Of a stretch of DNA of 64,000 nt, positions 55,101-64,000 are shown piece by piece (position 1 is the stretch's first letter; every line of letters starts with the position of its first letter). The notes beneath the pieces are model-generated. The model was given only the letters and a program-made list of their open reading frames with translations, was not told the origin of the DNA and searched no databases. The position numbers were made by a program, and so were the translations under genes. The DNA comes from Auanema rhodensis (taxonomy: Eukaryota > Animalia > Nematoda). Where the stretch lies: assembly GCA_964057225.1 (NCBI GenBank), contig OZ059895.1, positions 23,126,001-23,190,000 of the forward strand. The letters are read 5' to 3'.

Positions 55101-58100
55101 GCGTTTCTCAATGTAGTATAGTGCATTCGATGCGGATTTTTAAGCTGCGTCGATCTGTGTTATCAGATTTGCGCTAGCTTAAAAATGCACCGAGATATCA
55201 ACTGATATATGTTCACACTTATATCCTTGATTTTCACCCTGAAGAATTAATTTTTTCGTTGAATAACAATGTCCATCGTCTTTGCCTTGAAAAAAGGAAT
55301 CTAAAAACATCTACTTTTTGCTAAATTATTTTGAAATTTTTCGAAAAAATTTTTGTCAAAATGTTTTTGGAAGCAATGTTGAGTGTACATGGAAACTCAA
55401 CATACACTAATGCATCATTTTTCAAACGATCATAACTAATTTTTGTATTAAGCGTTTCTCAATGTAGTATAGTGCATTCGATGCGGATTTTTAAGCTGCG
55501 TCGATCTGAGTTATCAGATTTGCGCTAGCTTAAAAATGCACCGAGATATCAACTGATATATGTTCACACTTATATCCTTGATTTTCACCCTGAAGAATTA
55601 ATTTTTTCGTTGAATAACAATGTCCATCGTCTTTGCCTTGAAAAAAGGAATCTAAAAACATCTACTTTTTGCTAAATTATTTTGAAATTTTTCGAAAAAA
55701 TTTTTGTCAAAATGTTTTTGGAAGCAATGTTGAGTGTACATGGAAACTCAACATACACTAATGCATCATTTTTCAAACGATCATAACTAATTTTTGTATT
55801 AAGCGTTTCTCAATGTAGTATAGTGCATTCGATGCGGATTTTTAAGCTGCGTCGATCTGAGTTATCAGATTTGCGCTAGCTTAAAAATGCACCGAGATAT
55901 CAACTGATATAAGTTCACACTTATATCCTCGATTTTCACCCTGAAGAATTAATTTTTTCGTTGAATAACATCGTCCATCGTCTTTGCCTTAAGAAAAGGA
56001 ATCTAAAAACATCTACGTTTTGCTAAATTATTTTGAAATTTTTCGAAAAAATTTTTGTCAAAATGTTTTTGGAAGCAATGTTGAGTGTACATGGAAACTC
56101 AACATACACTAATGCATCATTTTTCAAACGATCATAACTAATTTTTGTATTCAGCGTTTCTCAATGTAGTATAGTGCATTCGATGCGGATTTTTAAGCTG
56201 CATCGATCTGTGTTATCAGATTTGCGCTAGCTTAAAAATGCACCGAAATATCAACTGATATAAGTTCACACATATATCCTCGATTTTCACCCTGAAGAAT
56301 TAATTTTTTCGTTGAATAACAATGTCCATCGTCTTTGCCTTGAAAAAAGGAATCTAAAAACATCTACTTTTTGCTAAATTATTTTGAAATTTTTCGAAAA
56401 AATTTTTGTCAAAATGTTTTTGGAAGCAATGTTGAGTGTACATGGAAACTCAACATACACTAATGCATCATTTTTCAAACGATCATAACTAATTTTTGTA
56501 TTAAGCGTTTCTCAATGTAGTATAGTGCATTCGATGCGGATTTTTAAGCTGCGTCGATCTGTGTTATCAGATTTGCGCTAGCTTAAAAATGCACCGAGAT
56601 ATCAACTGATATATGTTCACACTTATATCCTTGATTTTCACCCTGAAGAATTAATTTTTTCGTTGAATAACAATGTCCATCGTCTTTGCCTTGAAAAAAG
56701 GAATCTAAAAACATCTACTTTTTGCTAAATTATTTTGAAATTTTTCGAAAAAATTTTTGTCAAAATGTTTTTGGAAGCAATGTTGAGTGTACATGGAAAC
56801 TCAACATACACTAATGCATCATTTTTCAAACGATCATAACTAATTTTTGTATTAAGCGTTTCTCAATGTAGTATAGTGCATTCGATGCGGATTTTTAAGC
56901 TGCGTCGATCTGAGTTATCAGATTTGCGCTAGCTTAAAAATGCACCGAGATATCAACTGATATAAGTTCACACTTATATCCTCGATTTTCACCCTGAAGA
57001 ATTAATTTTTTCGTTGAATAACATCGTCCATCGTCTTTGCCTTAAGAAAAGGAATCTAAAAACATCTACGTTTTGCTAAATTATCTTGAAATTTTTCGAA
57101 AAAATTTTTGTCAAAATGTTTTTGGAAGCAATGTTGAGTGTACATGGAAACTCAACATACACTAATGCATCATTTTTCAAACGATCATAACTAATTTTTG
57201 TATTAAGCGTTTCTCAATGTAGTATAGTGCATTCGATGCGGATTTTTAAGCTGCATCGATCTGTGTTATCAGATTTGCGCTAGCTTAAAAATGCACCGAA
57301 ATATCAACTGATATAAGTTCACACATATATCCTCGATTTTCACCCTGAAGAATTAATTTTTTCGTTGAATAACAATGTCCATCGTCTTTGCCTTGAAAAA
57401 AGGAATCTAAAAACATCTACTTTTTGCTAAATTATTTTGAAATTTTTCGAAAAAATTTTTGTCAAAATGTTTTTGGAAGCAATGTTGAGTGTACATGGAA
57501 ACTCAACATACACTAATGCATCATTTTTCAAACGATCATAACTAATTTTTGTATTAAGCGTTTCTCAATGTAGTATAGTGCATTCGATGCGGATTTTTAA
57601 GCTGCGTCGATCTGTTTTATCAGATTTGCGCTAGCTTAAAAATGCACCGAAATATCAACTGATATAAGTTCACACATATATCCTCGATTTTCACCCTGAA
57701 GAATTAATTTTTTCGTTGAATAACAATGTCCATCGTCTTTGCCTTGAAAAAAGGAATCTAAAAACATCTACTTTTTGCTAAATTATTTTGAAATTTTTCG
57801 AAAAAATTTTTGTCAAAATGTTTTTGGAAGCAATGTTGAGTGTACATGGAAACTCAACATACACTAATGCATCATTTTTCAAACGATCATAACTAATTTT
57901 TGTATTAAGCGTTTCTCAATGTAGTATAGTGCATTCGATGCGGATTTTTAAGCTGCGTCGATCTGTGTTATCAGATTTGCGCTAGCTTAAAAATGCACCG
58001 AGATATCAACTGATATATGTTCACACTTATATCCTTGATTTTCACCCTGAAGAATTAATTTTTTCGTTGAATAACAATGTCCATCGTCTTTGCCTTGAAA

Positions 58101-59323
58101 AAAGGAATCTAAAAACATCTACTTTTTGCTAAATTATTTTGAAATTTTTCGAAAAAATTTTTGTCAAAATGTTTTTGGAAGCAATGTTGAGTGTACATGG
58201 AAACTCAACATACACTAATGCATCATTTTTCAAACGATCATAACTAATTTTCGTATTAAGCGTTTCTCAATGTAGTATAGTGCATTCGATGCGGATTTTT
58301 AAGCTGCGTCGATCTGAGTTATCAGATTTGCGCTAGCTTAAAAATGCACCGAGATATCAACTGATATAAGTTCACACTTATATCCTCGATTTTCACCCTG
58401 AAGAATTAATTTTTTCGTTGAATAACATCGTCCATCGTCTTTGCCTTAAGAAAAGGAATCTAAAAACATCTACGTTTTGCTAAATTATCTTGAAATTTTT
58501 CGAAAAAATTTTTGTCAAAATGTTTTTGGAAGCAATGTTGAGTGTACATGGAAACTCAACATACACTAATGCATCATTTTTCAAACGATCATAACTAATT
58601 TTTGTATTAAGCGTTTCTCAATGTAGTATAGTGCATTCGATGCGGATTTTTAAGCTGCATCGATCTGTGTTATCAGATTTGCGCTAGCTTAAAAATGCAC
58701 CGAAATATCAACTGATATAAGTTCACACATATATCCTCGATTTTCACCCTGAAGAATTAATTTTTTCGTTGAATAACAATGTCCATCGTCTTTGCCTTGA
58801 AAAAAGGAATCTAAAAACATCTACTTTTTGCTAAATTATTTTGAAATTTTTCGAAAAAATTTTTGTCAAAATGTTTTTGGAAGCAATGTTGAGTGTACAT
58901 GGAAACTCAACATACACTAATGCATCATTTTTCAAACGATCATAACTAATTTTTGTATTAAGCGTTTCTCAATGTAGTATAGTGCATTCGATGCGGATTT
59001 TTAAGCTGCGTCGATCTGAGTTATCAGATTTGCGCTAGCTTAAAAATGCACCGAGATATCAACTGATATAAGTTCACACTTATATCCTCGATTTTCACCC
59101 TCAAGAATTAATTTTTTCGTTGAATAACATCGTCCATCGTCTTTGCCTTAAGAAAAGGAATCTAAAAACATCTACGTTTTGCTAAATTATCTTGAAATTT
59201 TTCGAAAAAAGTTTTGTCAAAATGTTTTTGGAAGCAATGTTGAGTGTACATGGAAACTCAACATACACTAATGCATCATTTTTCAAACGATCATAACTAA
59301 TTTTTGTATTAAGCGTTTCTCAA
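49145..59323. repeat. Subfamily domain with a loose 2-4-monomer cycle
   Basis: The types [atccttga], [ctgagtt+aacatcgt+ttaagaaaagg] and [ctgcatcg+ccgaaat+cacata] recur, for example as trimers at 53357 and 56516. Confidence 0.7.
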
Positions 59324-62300
59324 TGTAGTATAGTGCATTCGATGCGGATTTTTAAGCTGCGTCGATCTGTGTTATCAGATTTGCGCTAGCTTAAAAATGC
59401 ACCGAGATATCAACTGATATAAGTTCACACTTATGTCCTCGATTTTCACCCTGAAGAATTAATTTTTTCGTTGAATAACAATGTCCATCGTCTTTGCCTT
59501 GAAAAAAAAAAATCTAAAAACATCTACTTTTTGCTAAATTATTTTGAAATTTTTCGAGAAAATTTTTGTCAAAATGTTTTTGGAAGCAATGTTGAGTGTA
59601 CATGGAAACTCAACATACACTAATGCATCATTTTTCAAACGATCATAACTAATTTTTGTATTAAGCGTTTCTAAATGTAGTATAGTGCATTCGATGCGGA
59701 TTTTTAAGCTGCGTCGATCTGTTTTATCAGATTTGCGCTAGCTTAAAAATGCACCGAAATATCAACTGATATAAGTTCACACTTATATCCTCGATTTTCA
59801 CCCTGAAGAATTAATTTTTTCGTTGAATAACAATGTCCATCGTCTTTGCCTTGAAAAAAGGAATCTAAAAACATCTACTTTTTGCTAAATTATTTTGAAA
59901 TTTTTCGAAAAAATTTTTGTCAAAATGTTTTTGGAAGCAATGTTGAGTGTACATGGAAACTCAACATACACTAATGCATCATTTTTCAAACGATCACAAC
60001 TAATTTTTGTATTAAGCGTTTCTCAATGTAGTATAGTGCATTCGATGCGGATTTTTAAGCTGCGTCGATCTGTGTTATCAGATTTGAGCTAGCTTAAAAA
60101 TGCACCGAGATATCAACTGATATATGTTCACACTTATATCCTCGATTTTCACCCTGAAGAATTAATTTTTTCGTTGAATAACAATGTCCATCGTCTTTGC
60201 CTTGAAAAAAGGAATCTAAAAACATCTACTTTTTGCTAAATTATTTTGAAATTTTTCGAAAAAATTTTTGTCAAAATGTTTTTGGAAGCAATGTTGAGTG
60301 TACATGGAAACTCAACATACACTAATGCATCATTTTTCAAACGATCATAACTAATTTTTGTATTAAGCGTTTCTCAATGTAGTATAGTGCATTCGATGCG
60401 GATTTTTAAGCTGCGTCGATCTGTGTTATCAGATTTGCGCTAGCTTAAAAATGCACCGAGATATCAACTGATATAAGTTCACACTTATATCCTCGATTTT
60501 CACCCTGAAGAATTAATTTTTTCGTTGAATAACATCGTCCATCGTCTTTGCCTTGAAAAAAGAAATCTAAAAACATCTACTTTTTGCTAAATTATTTTGA
60601 AATTTTTCGAAAAAAATTTTGTCAAAATGTTTTTGGAAGCAATGTTGAGTGTACATGGAAACTCAACATACACTAATGCATCATTTTTCAAACGATCATA
60701 ACTAATTTTTGTATTAAGCGTTTCTCAATGTAGTATAGTGCATTCGATGCGGATTTTTAAGCTGCGTCGATCTGTTTTATCAGATTTGCGCTAGCTTAAA
60801 AATGCACCGAGATATCAACTGATATAAGTTCACACTTATGTCCTCGATTTTCACCCTGAAGAATTAATTTTTTCGTTGAATAACAATGTCCATCGTCTTT
60901 GCCTTGAAAAAAAAAAATCTAAAAACATCTACTTTTTGCTAAATTATTTTGAAATTTTTCGAGAAAATTTTTGTCAAAATGTTTTTGGAAGCAATGTTGA
61001 GTGTACATGGAAACTCAACATACACTAATGCATCATTTTTCAAACGATCATAACTAATTTTTGTATTAAGCGTTTCTAAATGTAGTATAGTGCATTCGAT
61101 GCGGATTTTTAAGCTGCGTCGATCTGTTTTATCAGATTTGCGCTAGCTTAAAAATGCACCGAAATATCAACTGATATAAGTTCACACTTATATCCTCGAT
61201 TTTCACCCTGAAGAATTAATTTTTTCGTTGAATAACAATGTCCATCGTCTTTGCCTTGAAAAAAGGAATCTAAAAACATCTACTTTTCGCTAAATTATTT
61301 TGAAATTTTTCGAAAAAATTTTTGTCAAAATGTTTTTGGAAGCAATGTTGAGTGTACATGGAAACTCAACATACACTAATGCATCATTTTTCAAACGATC
61401 ACAACTAATTTTTGTATTAAGCGTTTCTCAATGTAGTATAGTGCATTCGATGCGGATTTTTAAGCTGCGTCGATCTGTTTTATCAGATTTGCGCTAGCTT
61501 AAAAATGCACCGAAATATCAACTGATATAAGTTCACACTTATATCCTCGATTTTCACCCTGAAGAATTAATTTTTTCGTTGAATAACAATGTCCATCGTC
61601 TTTGCCTTGAAAAAAGGAATCTAAAAACATCTACTTTTTGCTAAATTATTTTGAAATTTTTCGAAAAAATTTTTGTCAAAATGTTTTTGGAAGCAATGTT
61701 GAGTGTACATGGAAACTCAACATACACTAATGCATCATTTTTCAAACGATCACAACTAATTTTTGTATTAAGCGTTTCTCAGTGTAGTATAGTGCATTCG
61801 ATGCGGATTTTTAAGCTGCGTCGATCTGTGTTATCAGATTTGAGCTAGTTTAAAAATGCACCGAGATATCAACTGATATATGTTCACACTTATATCCTCG
61901 ATTTTCACCCTGAAGAATTAATTTTTTCGTTGAATAACAATGTCCATCGTCTTTGCCTTGAAAAAAGGAATCTAAAAACATCTATTTTTTGCTAAATTAT
62001 TTTGAAATTTTTCGAAAAAATTTTTGTCAAAATGTTTTTGGAAGCAATGTTGAGTGTACATGGAAACTCAACATACACTAATGCATCATTTTTCAAACGA
62101 TCACAACTAATTTTTGTATTAAGCGTTTCTCAATGTAGTATAGTGCATTCGATGCGGATTTTTAAGCTGCGTCGATCTGTTTTATCAGATTTGCGCTAGC
62201 TTAAAAATGCACCGAAATATCAACTGATATAAGTTCACACTTATATCCTCGATTTTCACCCTGAAGAATTAATTTTTTCGTTGAATAACAATGTCCATCG

Positions 62301-64000
62301 TCTTTGCCTTGAAAAAAGGAATCTAAAAACATCTACTTTTTGCTAAATTATTTTGAAATTTTTCGAAAAAATTTTTGTCAAAATGTTTTTGGAAGCAATG
62401 TTGAGTGTACATGGAAACTCAACATACACTAATGCATCATTTTTCAAACGATCACAACTAATTTTTGTATTAAGCGTTTCTCAGTGTAGTATAGTGCATT
62501 CGATGCGGATTTTTAAGCTGCGTCGATCTGTGTTATCAGATTTGAGCTAGTTTAAAAATGCACCGAGATATCAACTGATATATGTTCACACTTATATCCT
62601 CGATTTTCACCCTGAAGAATTAATTTTTTCGTTGAATAACAATGTCCATCGTCTTTGCCTTGAAAAAAGGAATCTAAAAACATCTATTTTTTGCTAAATT
62701 ATTTTGAAATTTTTCGAAAAAATTTTTGTCAAAATGTTTTTGGAAGCAATGTTGAGTGTACATGGAAACTCAACATACACTAATGCATCATTTTTCAAAC
62801 GATCATAACTAATTTTTGTATTAAGCGTTTCTCAATGTAGTATAGTGCATTCGATGCAAATTTTTAAGCTGCGTCGATCTGTGTTATCAGATTTGCGCTA
62901 GCTTAAAAATGCACCGAGATATCAACTGATATAAGTTCACACTTATATCCTCGATTTTCACCCTGAAGAATTAATTTTTTCGTTGAATAACAATGTCCAT
63001 CGTCTTTGCCTTGAAAAAAGAAATCTAAAAACATCTACTTTTTGCTAAATTATTTTGAAATTTTTCGAAAAAATTTTTGTCAAAATGTTTTTGGAAGCAA
63101 TGTTGAGTGTACATGGAAACTCAACATACACTAATGCATCATTTTTCAAACGATCATAACTAATTTTTGTATTAAGCGTTTCTCAATGTAGTATAGTGCA
63201 TTCGATGCAGATTTTTAAGCTGCGTCGATCTGTGTTATCAGATTTGCGCTAGCTTAAAAATGCACCGAGATATCAACTGATATAAGTTCACACTTATATC
63301 CTCGATTTTCACCCTGAAGAATTAATTTTTTCGTTGAATAACAATGTCCATCGTCTTTGCCTTGAAAAAAGAAATCTAAAAACATCTACTTTTTGCTAAA
63401 TTATTTTGAAATTTTTCGAAAAAATTTTTGTCAAAATGTTTTTGGAAGCAATGTTGAGTGTACATGGAAACTCAACATACACTAATGCATCATTTTTCAA
63501 ACGATCATAACTAATTTTTGTATTAAGCGTTTCTCAATGTAGTATAGTGCATTCGATGCGGATTTTTAAGCTGCGTCGATCTGTTTTATCAGATTTGCGC
63601 TAGCTTAAAAATGCACCGAAATATCAACTGATATAAGTTCACACTTATATCCTCGATTTTCACCCTGAAGAATTAATTTTTTCGTTGAATAACAATGTCC
63701 ATCGTCTTTGCCTTGAAAAAAGGAATCTAAAAACATCTACTTTTTGCTAAATTATTTTGAAATTTTTCGAAAAAATTTTTGTCAAAATGTTTTTGGAAGC
63801 AATGTTGAGTGTACATGGAAACTCAACATACACTAATGCATCATTTTTCAAACGATCACAACTAATTTTTGTATTAAGCGTTTCTCAATGTAGTATAGTG
63901 CATTCGATGCGGATTTTTAAGCTGCGTCGATCTGTGTTATCAGATTTGAGCTAGCTTAAAAATGCACCGAGATATCAACTGATATATGTTCACACTTATA
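59324..64000. repeat. Terminal subfamily domain with private variants
   Basis: The variants gatcacaac, gatttgagct, ttatgtcc, ttcgagaaa and an 11-A run are found only here. Confidence 0.8.

Larger units (their letters stand above)
1..64000. repeat. Tandem satellite DNA array, 351-bp monomer, 182 full copies plus a partial; likely (peri)centromeric heterochromatin
   Basis: The motif tgtagtatagtgcattcg recurs at 1, 352, 703, 1054 ... 63538, 63889. 63888 = 182x351 + 6, matching seven +1 indels and one -1 indel seen in the copies. GC is 110/351 in monomer 1. No non-repeat sequence or orientation switch was seen. The centromeric location is inference. Confidence 0.99.

Noticed and set aside
25145-63954. 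Ten 65-aa ORFs as protein-coding genes
   Set aside because: They start at TTG, span monomer junctions, exist only where a satellite point variant removes a TAA, and resemble no protein family I recognise. About 172 other copies carry the stop.
1-64000. CRISPR array, rDNA/5S/tRNA/snRNA tandem cluster, or telomeric repeat
   Set aside because: There are no unique spacers, no recognisable structural-RNA sequence or Pol III A/B boxes, and no short G-rich unit.

Overview
The whole 64-kb window is one uninterrupted head-to-tail satellite DNA array with a 351-bp monomer (about 31% GC by hand count). It holds 182 complete monomers plus a 112-bp partial, all in the same orientation. I see no genes, RNA genes, transposon insertions, inversions or array boundaries. 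Monomers differ by only a few substitutions, and only 8 of 182 differ in length, each by 1 bp. Diagnostic variants show a layered history: local subfamily domains, 3-, 6-, 9- and 13-monomer higher-order repeats, nested duplications, chimeric monomers, and one block echoed about 25.6 kb away. The monomer is rich in inverted repeats (monomer positions 25-75, 93-114, 189-260, 265-292). Two of its commonest polymorphic sites (99 and 108) are partners in one hairpin base pair, and all four combinations occur. The listed 65-aa ORFs are by-products of two independent stop-loss substitutions at the same base. The array looks like eukaryotic (peri)centromeric heterochromatin, probably from an invertebrate (inference only); I cannot name the family or species. 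I found no convincing new gene system. The best leads are structural and evolutionary features of the satellite. All counts were made by eye.
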